Origin: Ostrea edulis
Taxonomy: Eukaryota
DNA: 64,000 bases
Assembly: GCF_947568905.1 (NCBI RefSeq)
Contig: NC_079165.1
Coordinates: forward strand, 104,098,001 to 104,162,000
Direction of reading: 5' to 3'
Positions 11,853-25,846 of this stretch are shown piece by piece. Under the pieces are notes generated by a model that ran no database searches, was not told where the DNA came from, and saw nothing but the letters and a program-made list of their open reading frames with translations. The position numbers and the translations under genes are program-made. Numbering within the stretch: the first letter of the stretch is position 1; each line of letters opens with the position of its first letter.

Positions 11853-12704
11853 TTAATCAGTGTAAACATCCTGAAAGTTGAAGTTTGATGTAATAAAATG
11901 TTAAATAAGTATCACCAATGAATAAGAAATAGGACATCACTGAACATGTGTCCTCTACTGCTTTTACATCCATCCAAAACAACATGCCCATTTCAGAATT
12001 TCTTCACAATCCCAACTAGGACTTGATTTGGTAGGTAAAAGGAAGTATTAAACAAGGGGAGGATCAGAAACACCAAACATACAGGTGACTATCAGATTGT
12101 CACACGAGGAATGAACATGCTAAAAAACAAAAACTACATCTTGAAGTTGTAGGTTGTGACAAACGATGTACACAATCATCCCAAAGTGTCACAGTGCAGG
12201 CAACAAATGGTCATGTTGCTTAAAAATTGAATAGAATAATGATCTTATTTGTCAGCAACAAAGCCTTACAGTACATGCACTTCAGCATAGATGTCAGAAT
12301 ATACATGACGAATAAAATTGTATAGAATCTTAAAAGTTTATTAAGTGTCCCACAGATTAATTTGGCAGCTAAATTAAGAAAACATGACAGTACGAGTATA
12401 CATCTATAAAATTTCTGACAGTCTTGGTAACTCGCTACATATCAAAGATCATTATTTATCGGTAAAGCTAGCTTTTGCAATATTATAGGTATAAAATCGT
12501 GCATTGAAATATCCTACATACATTGTATATTCAGATCACAGATAATTATATTGATACAAATTATAAGATACACACAGCCTTGTGTTGAGAGTACCAGATA
12601 AATACTGAATGTTGGTGGTCAGTTATGACTGATCTACTAGTGAACACAAAAAGTACTAACAATAGGACGGAATGTGAAGGTCGGAGCTGCTTGGATATGT
12701 GAAA

Positions 12705-15700
12705 TCACTGTGCAGCCCCTGAGGTCAGATTGAAAAGAATGGACTTGAGATTGAGACCCAGGAAGGCTTGATCTGTTGGACAGCCGCGCAGTAGTTCCTG
12801 AATAATTCCCACAATAGTATACACATCAAAGTATTTCCTGTTGCACCTGAAAGGAGAAATAGGTATATATCAAATTCAATAAGTCCTCATCACTTTTGTA
12901 CTGTAAATTTATGGAGTAGAACATGACAGTCACTATCTATTGTTCTGACGTGTCATACTGAAAATGAGCAAGCACTCAATCTACAGCAATTTCAGTTTAA
13001 TAGTGATGATTTGCGTTACCTAAACTTTGAGAGTTTCTGTAGAATGATGCTAAGCTTTTCCAGCAGTTTACTGTCCTGACTGGGAGCTCGGAGCACCATG
13101 GCTACTGTCCTAAACCAGTTCTCATTACTACATGTTTCCAGGAAGGGCTGCAGGAATGGAGAGTCCGTAGACATTTGTAGAAATATGTCCATTGCTGATC
13201 CCATAAATGTCTAGGTATAGGGGAGAACAAAAATAAGGATCTTGTAAGTTTTTCAATAGAGAGTTTAAATCAACTCATACTGAATTTCCATCTAGATTTA
13301 AACATAACCAATCAACTACTGTGGTAAATTTTATTGACAAAGTTGTTTCCCTTAAAACAGCAGCTTTACGTAACCTAATCACACTCTAATCTAAAACTAC
13401 ATTCACTTGCATACCTTGTTAACTGGTTTTAAGTACTGAAGAACCACAGGGGTAGCTTGATAATACAGAAACAATTCTTTGGCAATGTCAGATTTCAGAT
13501 CATTCCTTAAAACATCAAACACATGGGCCAGGAGATCCACTGCAAGTAAACAATAAGGTACATCACAATATTTAGATTGCATTGAGAAGTGTTTGTTCTC
13601 TGGGAGCAGTTTGTAGATGCAAACCTTGGAGTAAAGGAATTATAAAACTCATAATAACAAGAGTTTCTAGGAGTTCCAAAGATTCCTAACTGTTTTGTTT
13701 GGTTTTTTTTTTTTACTAACCTTGACTAAGAGTTTTCAGTATGATAAAAGATGAAAGAAGTCGAACATGGAGATTCTGACTGCGGAAGTAGATGCCATCT
13801 TTTGATTTGTCTAATTTAATGGGAGAGGGAGGGTTAAATTCTGATGGAGTCTTTTCAAGCTCCGAAAACCTCACAGTCTTTGCTCTGTAGAGTTCCTCTC
13901 CTAACCGCCTGAGAGTGGACGACAATCCACTCTTCTACAAAACAAGTAAAACACTTCATTTACAGGTACTTCTTCTCACATTAGATAACTTAATTCAAAT
14001 CAAAATGTAAAACTCCATATTTTGGTGTGTAAATATTATAATTTTATCATACCATTATGTGTGTGGTACATTTTCTGTTTAAAGTTTAATATAAATTTCA
14101 GATTATATAGATTTAATGACCTGTTGTCCTGCACAGTTTTCTACATGAGTCAAAGCCCAGTATATAAACTGAATGCAGGGGAGAGAAATCTTAAGATTCT
14201 GGCCAGGAAACTCCCTCAACATATCTACAGCTGATGGCAAAATCTGAAATCACAAATCAAAACTGAGACATGTACACTGCATACGTTATAATAAAGTTTT
14301 GCAAGCAACAAAAATGTAAATAAAATTCTGTGAACAGGATATAACTTCATTTAATTTATGTAAGACAATGTACTAAGATTTTGACCTTCATGATTTTCTC
14401 CTGAAGATATTCCGGCGAGAGGAAGCGCTCTAGTGGTTTTCCTGGTAAATCTGATACAGCACATCTCAGGTGAGCATCACTGACCCAGTCCAGTAAAATC
14501 CCTGTCACATCAAAACAACAGGCTGCTGTCTACAATAACATATCAAGTTACTTTATTATCATTTTAAGTCAACACCCATCTGAGTACATTCAATGTTTAT
14601 GATTTACAATAGTGCATGAGCAGCCAATACATACAATATTACTTTGACTTTGTATTGACCAAGTTGTAGCATTATTTTTATAAGTCTTTTGAATGGAAAT
14701 TATATGTGGACATGTTTTTCGACTGGATATACATGCTTATATAAAAATTTCCAAAATAAAAATGATGGTCTGTACTTGTGTGTGGGTGAACAAGGTAAAA
14801 TAGAGGTAGAAAAGGGATCAGGATGGGAGGGAAAGGGAGGGTGAGGAGAAGTTAAATCCCTTGTCCATCCACACCTGTAGAAGCCTAAATATCTGTCAGT
14901 GTATGTCATATAAGTCAAAAGAATGTGACATTATATCCCACCTCTGTCTTCTCTTTTACAATGATTACCTTTTGGGTTCTCTGCTTTGTTTTTTCCTCTG
15001 CCTCTTTTGGTTTCTGTTGCTTAGGAACAGCATTTCCCATAGCAACTGCTGCCACATCCAACTCCTTCTGTCGCTGATCAAACTCCTGCTTCCTCTGCAG
15101 TACAAGTATTATGAAGGTTAATGAATTATAAATGTCAATTTTGTCAGATTGTGCATGTATCACTACATATTGCATATCCAGTGATTCCGAAAGTCCGTCG
15201 GACATTGGCAAATGTCCATTAATTTTTGTTTTGGTCTGATCAATATCAGTTGTTGGCCGGACCAAGTATCTGATAAATTTTTTTCAATGAAATATACATG
15301 ATTAAATAAATTTTCAATTTTTAGCAGCAAGTCCCAAAATTATTCTGTTCTTTAGTCATTGCAAACAGAAAACACGTTTACATTTAACTCAAATATTTAT
15401 GAAACTTGCAGTCATCTTCAATTCCCCCAAGAGGGTGATAATACAATTGAGCAATATCCCGTGAAACTACAGACATCTTTGAAGCGTTTGAATTAGGTAA
15501 TAAATAAAAGGTAAATAAAGCGTTTAAACTATACTCTGATCAAGAAGTACTTGAACAACATGGGCACGTTTGATTGAACAATTTGAATTTAAGTTATGCG
15601 AATTGCTCGAGTTTTATAAAAATCGTATATTTCATAACCCTGATGTTGAACACGGGTTGGAAAAGTTTACTCCACTGACAAATCTGAGGTGAAGTGCTTG

Positions 15701-16656
15701 GGCTAATAAAGTACGTCACCAATGTCATTCTGGGCCAGAAAGTTCAAATTTACATGAAAGCTTCCTGACATAATGCAAATTCAAGTTTGCTCAAATCATG
15801 GCCCCCTTGGTAGGGTAGGGCGACAATCGGGGATAAAAGTTTTACATGGGAATATATAGGGAACATCTTTAAAAATCTTCTCAAGTACCAATGGGCCAGA
15901 AAGTTCAAATTTACATGAAATTTTAATCTTCCTGATATAGTGTAAATTCAAGTTTGTCAAAATCATGGCCCCCAAGGATAGGGTGGGGCCACAATAGGGG
16001 ACTAATTTGTCAATAAAATTTTGGCCTAGTAAAATATGATTTGGTCCAGTAATATCTCAACCATTACTGGATCAAATGTCCAGTAAGTACCAGAAGACCT
16101 TGGGAAGCACTGCATACCAAGAAAATTTCGCAATTTATTTTTGACCATTTTGCCCTTGAATGGTCAAATTAAAAACAAAGTGAAATTTATATTTAGCAAT
16201 TAATCTAAAGCAGCAAGAAAAAGTTTAGGACATATTTTAAATGGGACAAACTTGGTTTACAATGCCTTTGGGGGAAAAAAGACAAAAATGAACCCTTACA
16301 CAGCATCAGTTTGAAGCTAGTAGTTACATGAATTAAACAAGAGGCCCGTGGGCCACATTGCTCACCTGAGTCACCTTGGCCCATATCTAATTATTATCCA
16401 TTTATATATGCATTTAAAACTTGGGTCCCTATTGTAGCTTAAACTTACCCTGGGGACCATGATTTTTACAGACTTGAATCTGCCCTATGTCAGGAAGCTT
16501 TCATGTAAATGTAAACTTCTTTGGCCAAATGGTTCTTGAGAAGAAGAATATTAAAGATTTTCTCTATATACTAGTATGCAAAACTTTGATCCCCTATTGT
16601 GGCCCCATCCTCCCCTTTGAAGGAGACATGATCCTTCATTTGAACAAACTTGAAAG

Positions 16657-16703
<47 letters not shown>

Positions 16704-19700
16704 TGTGGTTCCGGAGAAGAAGAAGAAAATATGAAAAGTTTACAATAACAACGCTGATGCCGTCGACAACAGACAAATTTTGATCAGAAAGGCTCACTTC
16801 AGCCCAGGTGAGCTAAAAAAAACCTTCAAAACTGACCTTTTCATTTCTGAATACAGTCTTCTACATTCAGTAATAATGCTGGCCATACAAATGAAGGTGT
16901 TCTGTTACACAAAACATACCTGCAAGTTCGTCAATCTGGCCTGAACAGTGACAGCTTGCTTTTCCAACTTTTCGTGCTGACTTTGCAGGCATTCAAACTG
17001 GAATTAATAATGTAATCAAATCGTATTCATCTGTTTGGTTCATTTCAGTGTAACCAAGTCTTTGCACCTGCATTCATGTATTTCAAAAAATATCAATTCA
17101 AGCAATGTTCTTTGATTTTTCTGGCTTATAAACAGTTAGTCAGTTACCTCTTTTTTCATGATTTTTCTGGCTTATAAACAGTTTGTCAGTTACCTCTTTT
17201 TTTAGAGCATCATTTGCTTGCTTCAAGGTTTCAAAGTTATCCTTTAATCTTTTGTTTTCTTTACATTTCTCCCTCAACAAGGTTTCCAATCTATAAATGT
17301 CTGCTTTGTATCTCTACAACACAATTTTCACTTTAATCAGTACTCAATCTTCTGCAAGAAATGAAGTCTGCGATTATCATTAGGAAACTAAAGAACTATT
17401 AACGAACTATTAATATTTTAAGATAAATCGTCTCTAAATGATCACCTCCTCCACAGCTTGCAGTTTCTGTTTGATTTCATGTTGTGCTATGGTCTGTATG
17501 TTCTGGGAAGAAATCGATACCATTCGTTCCCTTTCTTTAAGTTTTTGTTCTCGCTCATGAAGGCTTTTGTTCTCCAACTTTTCAATTGAAAAAGAAATAT
17601 TTGCAGTGCTCACAATATAGTGTATAGTGTGTGAGAATTCATACTAATTACATATGGTACATGCTTTGAATTTCTGACTTCCTGTTGGTACATGGTACAA
17701 AAAATCGCTAAAACGCATCACAGATGTGTATGGCCGAGTTGCAGTTAGTGATGGGCAATCGGACCTAAAACCACAATCGATTATCTGCAATAATCGGACA
17801 CATGTACTCGATTAATAATCGATTATAATCGGAATTGGCATTTAAGTGTTTTCCCCTCAAATTAGATGTAACAGAATCATTAAATGTATGGAAACAACAT
17901 TTGAATTCTTCTTTGTTTCATTTATTCACTGGTATATAAATCAGAATTCCAATATATCAAGTAATGGAATTTATCTATAATCTCAATGTATCAAAGATAT
18001 CAGAGATATCAGAGATAGACTCCTTTATTTTGACCGTTGAATGTCATTGTTGTTACCGTCCTTCATATCTCCCGCCATTTTCTTTGCTTATATTTGATCG
18101 GGTTTGACATACAGAAAATAAAATTTGAACAAAGTTGAAGTGATTTCCGGATTTTATTTGGTCAACGATGTCGGCGACTTTTATTTTGTAATCGATTAGT
18201 AGCATCGTGGGTCTCTGAACGACCGACAATCGATCATCAGCGACAATCGTTTCATCACTAGTTGCAGTTTGGAAAATTATGCATGCTTGCATTCACAAAG
18301 TAAAAACATGCACATATTTAATCTAGTTTATAAGTATGAAGCTTTGAATGGCCGCAATAGGTATTTAGTGTGATAATGACCTTGACCTTTCAAATGGCCT
18401 TTGGATTTCAAAAGCAACATGAATCTTGAATGTCATCAGGATTTGAAGTCTGATAAACATGCACCAGCAAGTACATGTATAAAAGTTAGAGGCAAGCTCA
18501 AATCTACAGTATATAGTGAAAAAGAGACCTTGACCTTTGACCTCAAAATAAATAGGAACCTTCCTCTTTTGGATGTGATCAAAATATGCAAATCTGACAA
18601 AGACGCACCAAGTAGTATGAAAGTTAGAGACCGGACAAGCTCAAATCTATGGCATTTAGTGACAAAGTGACCTTGACCTTTGGACCTCAAAATAAATAGG
18701 AACCTTCCTCTTTTGGATGAGATCATGATATGTTAGTCTCACAAAGATGCACCAAAAAGTATGAAAGTTAGAGACCGGACAAACTAATTGTGTACGCCAC
18801 CCGCTCGACTGGACGCCCATCCTTCGTCAAATTAAAAGCCGATTTGCTACGCAACTCGGCTAAATAGTAATGCACTGAACATGTTGCAAGGGTTCAAAAT
18901 GTTTGTCCAGTATAAATTGCTTTATCTAAATTCAAATCTTTGTTGGCCATTGATTAATTTTATTCAAGAACTACAAGGAGAAAGTTTAATCCTGAAAAGT
19001 TCAAACATGCTACTCCTAAAAATGATTCACTTGTGTGCTTTTGATATTATCAGTACTCCGGTCATTGAAATGACTGTTTTACTCATAAAAAACTATAAAT
19101 ATACGGTTCAATTTTGCAGCTAATATCCCTGTCAAGGTATAAATGAAATGATGTGATGTAATAAACACTACCATTACTTATTTTTCTTTACACTCTAAAT
19201 ATTGATTAACTCGAATTATGTTTCAACCAAGTTTTGGTGAATAAATTGCATATTAGAAACTTAATATTGATATTTACACATATTAGGAAAGACAATAAAT
19301 TCCTTTTGCTTCTTACCAAATACATGTACAAGGATTCTCTACGGAAAATGACATGGGCTAATCTCAAAAACTTGCATATTTCACAATAAAAACAATATCA
19401 TCAATGTAAAAAATCATACATCTGAGTACCTTGAGTTTTTCACTGATAACTCGTAGTTCTTTGTAAATATCTCTGATGTTTTCATTGCTGATGTTGTGAT
19501 ATTCTGAAACAGAAAAGGCAAAAATTTAGAGCATACTGACTGACTTGTCAGACATACATCAAGCAATACATCTACATTATTACAACCAGTTTTACCTTCC
19601 TCGTCTGAATCAAGAGCTGCCTTTGTTTTGTGATGATGTTGCTTCTTCCTGCGATGTTTTCCACTGATTTCATGAAGGTAAAAGTCGGACAGACTGTCTG

Positions 19701-22700
19701 ATTCTATAATGCGACCCTGGCTGTTGTCTGTGGCTGCATTGATAGGTGTGATTGTCGAGTCTGTCAAGTAATACATTTATGTAGTCAACAAAAATAAATC
19801 AATTAATATCTAAATATTTGTAGTCATGTAACTATGCTCTCTGATTTTCATATTTGCTTGTCATGACAATCAAATTTATAGTTGTAATTATATAGTTAGA
19901 AAGTATTTAGAAATCTTTCTTTTTAAAAAAAAAGAAATTGGCATAGCTAGAAAATTAATCAATTGGCTTTTGATAAATAGGAATTGGTATCAGACGTTTA
20001 TTTTCTAAATTGTTTCATAAGCTAAAATAAGATACCCCACCTTATAACACCACATATAGGCACAATTCAAAGGTATATGAATTTAAAAAAAATTAAAGAC
20101 AATGTGTATGTATTTTTAAAAATTTTCACATTCTTATTCACTTTATTAAGCATTTAAGGTAATTTATCAATATTTCAAAATAAAACTTTAGTCTAACACT
20201 GAAATAATAGATTTACATTTTAGTAGTGTTTTTATACATGTAGACTCTAAATTAATTACATATGTTATACAATTTTATACATATACATATCCTGCTTGAT
20301 CATTAGGGAGAGGGTTCATGCTGGCTATAAAGCCTGCTGGCCAATCTCATCAATTTATTGATTAAATATTTTTTAAATAAAAGTAGTGTTGTAGCAATAT
20401 ATAGATAGATGTACGTACATGTGTTTAGATGTTCAGGATATTCAATAAAGAGAACATCTGATACAGAGCTGGGATTGATAATGAGATATTCATTTAGAAT
20501 CAATGTACTTAAAATGTAATTGTCTCAACATGTGACAATGTACACTTCTGAAACCAAATGTGGGAACATTTTGACTGACAAATGAACAGTTTAAAACTGC
20601 TAATTGTACACTGGGCTAGGCGATCATTACAACATTGCGTATAAAAATTTACATATTCATTATGAAAACCATCATTACAACCCGAAAGTTTATAAATATT
20701 ATAGACTGATGTCAACCAGATTTGAATAATCTAATTGTGTCTCAATCCCTGGTCCACAAGACATCTATCATTTAACTGTGCACAAGTTAGCATATTAAAA
20801 GTGAAGTATTAGGCAAGTTTGACCAACTTATTTTGCCGTGGTGGCCTAGAGGTTAGAGCGTTTGACCTGCATGCGGGAGGCCAGGGTTCAAATCCTGCCC
20901 GCGACAGACCTAAGTCGTTAAAACAGGTAGTGAGAGTTCCATCGCCAATCGCTCGGCATCAAGTGTGAATGCCATGGGTCCTCAGAGATGACATTAAAAA
21001 CGGATGTACCGTGTCGCAGTAGGTGTGGCACACTAAAGAACCCTCACTGCTCAATGGCTGTAAGCGCCAAGCAAAGGCCTAAATTTGAAGCCCTTCTTCG
21101 GTCTTGGTGACATCTCCATAGTGAAAAATTCTTGAGAGAGACGTTAAGCAAGATACAATCACACACAATCCAAAATCAGTTGATTTAAGAATTGTAAATA
21201 TTTTACGCAATTATCAATTTTTTCAAATTTTCAAACTACCTATCATTATACTCGTCATATTTCCGTGTGTGTATACTGTTGATTGCACTTAGTGTGATCT
21301 AACTTTCCAGATCACCACACTGTGGTGTTTTTAAAATTCGTATCACCATCCTTTGAAATTGATGATGTCTCAATGCATCATCACAAGTTTTTGTCGAAAT
21401 TCATTAACCCTGTCACATGCAAAACTGTATTCACAAAAATTTACTCTCATCTTTTTGCTACTTAATTTGTTATCATCCTATGCTTGTATTTTTTGATTAA
21501 CAATCCATCAACATACATGGATGATGATGGATCATCAGATTAAAGGAGACACAAATGAAGTTACTTTAGAAATATTAATACATGATTTTTTTTCTTCTCA
21601 TTTCATATTCTAAATGTATATATTACATATGTGTGGAAATTGAAAAATTATCTTATCTCAATATCTTTAATTTCATTTTAAAGAACATGAATTTTTTATA
21701 ATTATCTTGTTATGGGATTAGATAAATTCCATATTTTGCCAAAACACTTATTCTGTGATTTATTTCATCATTTTTCACTGAGAAACATAGATGTGTGTAA
21801 CTGGTATCATATCAAAAAAATCTTACCAATACAGCTTACTCCACTTATACTGAAGTCGCTTGTTTTGAAATATCACTTATTTTGAAGTAAAACAAAATCC
21901 CCAGTCTCAGTCTCTTATTTTCTTTGCATTAAAATATGGGTTAAATTGAAATCACTTATATTGAAATATCACTTATTTTGAAATCAATTATCAGTCTGAT
22001 GAGTAGATAAGGTATTGTTTTTATAATGGCTATATTGAAGTCACCTGTGATGGTAGTTGTCCAGTTTGGTGGCCTCATAATTACACAGGTAGGTGTCAGT
22101 TAATTGGTTTCCCATGGATTACTTTTCATTGCATGTTTTTATAGGAATAAAATAACAGTGGGGTATAATCACTCTTTAACAGCATGATGACAGGATCATT
22201 TGTAAAATTTGACCTCCCCACAAAAAGGAAAACTTTATCATTGGACACCAAATACAAATTAATAACTGCAATAGATATAAGAATTTGAAGTCAAAATCTG
22301 AAATGACAATTTTGCTTAACCCCAGTAATTTCAAACACCTTACTGCTATCACAGTGCATTAAAAATAGTTTTTGCAAGACTGGGTTCACATTAAAATCTC
22401 CAAATAAAGTCTATAACATCTGACGCGGACAACGACAATGTCTTTACAGACAACATGATGCCACTTGCTTATTTTTAAAAAATGGTTCTGAAATTCTAAT
22501 GTTAGACATACATGTACATGTGTGTCAAACGTTTTCATGGCGATCGTTTCAAGGGAAGAACTTACTTTCGATATTATATACATGTACATATGGCAAGGGA
22601 AATATCGGCGACGAGAACAAAAACGAAATTCTGGATGAAAACGTGACGTACAATCAACCTCGAAATTGTATGTGTAAATTTAATAATAATGAAAAAGATT

Positions 22701-22746
22701 ATGAACAGACACTACCTGAAGTAGACGACGAAATTTTTGTAGACAT
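12705..22746 (-). CDS. CCDC138: Coiled-coil domain-containing protein 138; exons 22746-22716 (candidate), 19760-19596, 19503-19430, 17577-17446, 17313-17194, 16997-16920, 15094-14969, 14529-14386, 14243-14121, 13934-13721, 13539-13415, 13210-13020, 12846-12705
   Basis: 13 GT-AG exons join into a 1665-nt ORF (554 aa). N-terminal coiled coil, then LLDWVSDAHL and C-terminal FLETCSNENWFRTVAMVLRAP..LEKLSIILQKLSKFR..QAFLGLNLKSILFNL, which I recognise as the CCDC138 C-terminus. First exon (MSTKISSSTS, phase 1) is inferred. Confidence 0.85.
15725..16010 (+). repeat. Fragment of the ~165-bp Cg170-type satellite
   Basis: GGGCCAGAAAGTTCAAATTTACATGAAAGCTT..AATCATGGCCCC x~1.7. Confidence 0.75.
16335..16822 (-). 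mobile_element. HINE carrying Cg170-type satellite sequence (reverse orientation)
   Basis: Ends AACAAGAGGCCC..GCTCACCTGAG and CAGGTGAGCTAAAAA are the reverse complements of the elements at 27728 and 29933. Confidence 0.8.
17746..18260. mobile_element. hAT-like MITE, perfect 8-bp TSD
   Basis: Termini TAGTGATG..CATCACTA; GTTGCAGT at 17738-17745 and 18261-18268; AATCGA subterminal repeats. Confidence 0.85.
18331..18864 (-). mobile_element. HINE-like element with ~143-bp internal tandem repeats
   Basis: GACCTTGACCTTTG..AAATAAATAGGAACCTTCCTCTTTTGGATG at 18526 and 18669; terminal hairpin GCCGA..TCGGC. Confidence 0.65.
20835..21170 (+). mobile_element. tRNA-derived SINE (~335 bp)
   Basis: A box TGGCCTAGAGG, B box GGTTCAAATCC, body colinear with the copy at 47795, CAATC-type tail. 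Confidence 0.85.
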
Positions 22747-23012
22747 CGGAAATTGAAATATTCATTCTTGGTTAGCTCAAGAAGAAACAAAACTCATATT
22801 TTTTTTAAAAATAAAAATCTTCAGTGGACTAAATTCAATCAATTATCTAAATGTTGTAAATTGTGTAATGTAATAAATTCATATTTCTGCTTTCGTAATC
22901 GGGATCGAGATGCCAGATGAAGCCTCCGATAGGGTCGACATTTCCGCTTTATTTTGAACTTTGGTTATATTGAAAGAAAAAGATTGGTCCCCTGAATTTC
23001 AATATATCCGGA
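22747..23012. promoter_or_regulatory. Probable bidirectional promoter between CCDC138 (-) and NAXD (+)
   Basis: Head-to-head genes; CpG-rich patch at 22890-22950 (TTCCG); candidate CCDC138 ATG at 22746 and a + strand donor GGA|gtaagc at 23013. Confidence 0.5.
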
Positions 23013-23532
23013 GTAAGCTGTATACAGTTGGTACATGGATCGACAGAAGTTACTACCATTCACCGAAATCACCAATAAAGGGACCAAAAATCTCACAGCA
23101 TATGTTTGCCTATATGTTATCTAGTCACATATGAAATTTTATGAAGATTGGTTATGAATGAATTTGAGAGAATTGTGGTCTGAAAACTTCTAGAAGCTGA
23201 ATCAGCTGACTATTGTGTCACATGACAGTGTAGAAATATCGGATTTGTTCTCAGAATCTACACAGAATTATTTGAAATACAATGGTTGTACTTTATTAAG
23301 TTTTATATCATTATGTAAAGTTATAAAGGTAATTATTAAAATATAGATATCGTTGTTTCTTTCTTGCAGCAGTACATTGTATATTATTGATATACATCAC
23401 ATGTTCTTTTGTTTGTATATATCATTATGTCATTGAAAAATTTAATGTTTATCCTGTCTTTACATATCAATGTATACAAGGATCAGGAAACTCTCCAGAT
23501 AGATGTAAGGTAGTCGATATAGCTACTCACTA

Positions 23533-23908
23533 CAGGGCTTGAAGCTAACTTTTAAAGTCTCCAGTCCAGCCGGACTGATGGGGTATGATTTCAACCAGTC
23601 GGCATAAAAATTTACCAGTCCAACAGAGTTTTCCAGAAATAATTAAACATATATATTTTGTTAATGTTATTAAAATGAAATTTAACTCAATATGCCTCAG
23701 ACAATATTGTAACACTTAAATAGGGGATTTTTATTTACCATTCAGATTTGTCTATTATCTAAAGTATCAATTTTCATAAGTATATTTTCCAAAACGATGC
23801 TTTAAAAAATTAACCAGTCCCATCAGACTGACTGAAACAAATGCCAGTCAGTCCTCCAGACTTTTAATCAGTCACCGACTGACGAGCATATGTTAATTTC
23901 GAGCCCTG
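23533..23908. mobile_element. hAT-like MITE
   Basis: Termini CAGGGCTTGAA..TTCGAGCCCTG, CCAGTC/GACTG subterminal repeats; no TSD recognisable. Confidence 0.6.
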
Positions 23909-24832
23909 CATCATTTGTTGTTTTTTTTCAGTATCAAGTCCTTCAAATCGTAACCAATTTTAAAATTTCATAAGTGACAACATTAATTGACATATAGACA
24001 AAAGTATACTGGGGTGATTACGTTTATTTTATGGACCTATATATAGCCTTTACATATTAATAATGGTGCACCATAGTATATTCAACACTGTTCAAATATA
24101 CCCAAATCGCTTTCTCCTGATAAATCTCCTTTAAGGGGCTTTGGTCTTGACTTGCTCATCTGGAAATTAGATAGTAAAAGCAAATTTTCAAAAATCATTG
24201 ATTTTATGCTGTAATCGGAACATGTAAATTTATCATTTTATGCAAGTCCAAACAAGACTCTTTTCGACATAAATTGTAGATTTTCATTTATGTTAAGAAT
24301 CAGAAAAAAAATCAGAAAAGAACACATTTCTACTAATACTGCTCCTTTAAATAAAACCTCTTATTGGTCAACAAAATACTCCGAGAAAAGTAAACTGCAT
24401 TTTAAATGTCCAGCTCATTATTTGTTTTGGTCGCCATTTTCAAATTTCGTGCCAGTAATAAATTAATAGTTTGATCATCAACATATTCTTATATCTTTTA
24501 TATATTTTTGTTATTTTTTGGTAAAGAAGAGAGTAATTTTGGAATATATATTTCAAAGAGAAGAATTTATGAATTTATATTCCTAAATATGATTATTCAT
24601 TGACCAAGATTCCAAAGGATGCCTCTCGTACAAGTTAACAAAATACTGAAAGTGAAAGTAGACTTTTTAGGTTTCTGTCAGGGTCAGTAAACAAAAATGT
24701 TTTCATTGTCGAGTTTTATTGTGTATATAGCTGGAAAAAGTCGTTTAAGGCCTCAAGGTATGAACACTTGTTTTTAATCTACCATAAGAATATTGCCACT
24801 ATGCATTTCATTTCAACTTTTTGTGCACAGGG

Positions 24833-24931
24833 CACAGGCACTTGTTTCTTCAACTTGGCAAGTTATACTATATGATAATATTATATTATTATATAGTATA
24901 ACTTGCCAAGTTTATGAAACATGCGCCTGTG
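24833..24931. mobile_element. 99-bp hairpin mini-MITE, 8-bp TSD
   Basis: CACAGGC..GCCTGTG termini; perfect 22-bp inner arms 24852-24873 / 24891-24912; GCACAGGG at 24825-24832 and 24932-24939. Confidence 0.75.
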
Positions 24932-25409
24932 GCACAGGGGCTAAGCCTGTTTTGGGTCCAAACTCTGTGGTAGGCCTACGGTTTACTATAAATATAGAAA
25001 GGGGTCTAACTCTTGTCAGACGAGTAAAATTTATGTTTGGACAAGTAATTTCATGGCTGCTTGTCGAAATGAGCAGGTACAAGGAGAAAAAGTTAACATA
25101 GAGCCCTGACATATGCTTCTTCTTTTTTTTATCATTTTCATAGGGGACTCCATAAGTCCATGGTAATCAAAGGGCATTTTTTTTTTTTACTATTGTTAAT
25201 TTAAAAAAAATTCTTTATCAGTCATCAAGAAACAAAGTTTGAGAATACAGTAAAATACACCTATAGCATGGTGCTGGGGACAAACAATTTTGATTCGTTA
25301 TGAATATAATTTTTTATATCCAATATGTTTTAAAACTACAGGGAATGAAAATCACTTTGCTGTAAGCGTGAATTCATTATAAACGTGTTTTCCTGTGCAG
25401 TTGAACTTC

Positions 25410-25563
25410 AGAATCTGAAACATCAATATCTTAAAAACCATGGATATGTTTAAGTGAGTTGGAAGTCCCAACTACATTTTCATTATGCATTTTGAACTCA
25501 ATATCTCGAATCCTAGTGAATATCTCAGTCCCATCGAGTTCAAAATAAAGAGGTTTGACTGTA
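25410..25563. mobile_element. Tc1/mariner-like MITE remnant
   Basis: CAGTTGAACTTC..GAGGTTTGACTG-TA termini; similar TACAG-type remnants at ~21833, ~25245 and ~42717. Confidence 0.45.
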
Positions 25564-25846
25564 TATTATAATTTTCATTGATAACATTGTCTTTTCAGTT
25601 GATATACCTAAACCTTCAGTCATTTCACAAACTAATTAAAATTAGCTGCTTTGAATCTGCTACCATGTATCAAGCATTTGAGAAGATTCAAAACAGCTAA
25701 TTTTGATTAGATTGAGTTAGTTCCGAGAATAGATTTTAAGATAATGAAATAAATGTGTATTCTTACTATGTATAATGCAGTTTGATCGTAAGTTTATTGT
25801 CATTGGTATGTTATCCATGTATTGTACTATAATTACATTTTTTTAG

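Noticed and set aside
14915-15265. 116-aa ORF as a separate gene
   Set aside because: It is CCDC138 exon 15094-14969 plus open intronic flanks.
22910-23012. ATG 22910 in frame with NAXD through a single TGA (22955-22957): readthrough or selenocysteine
   Set aside because: Depends on an unproven donor, no SECIS was identified, and the ATG may lie upstream of the TSS; in-frame coincidence is likely.
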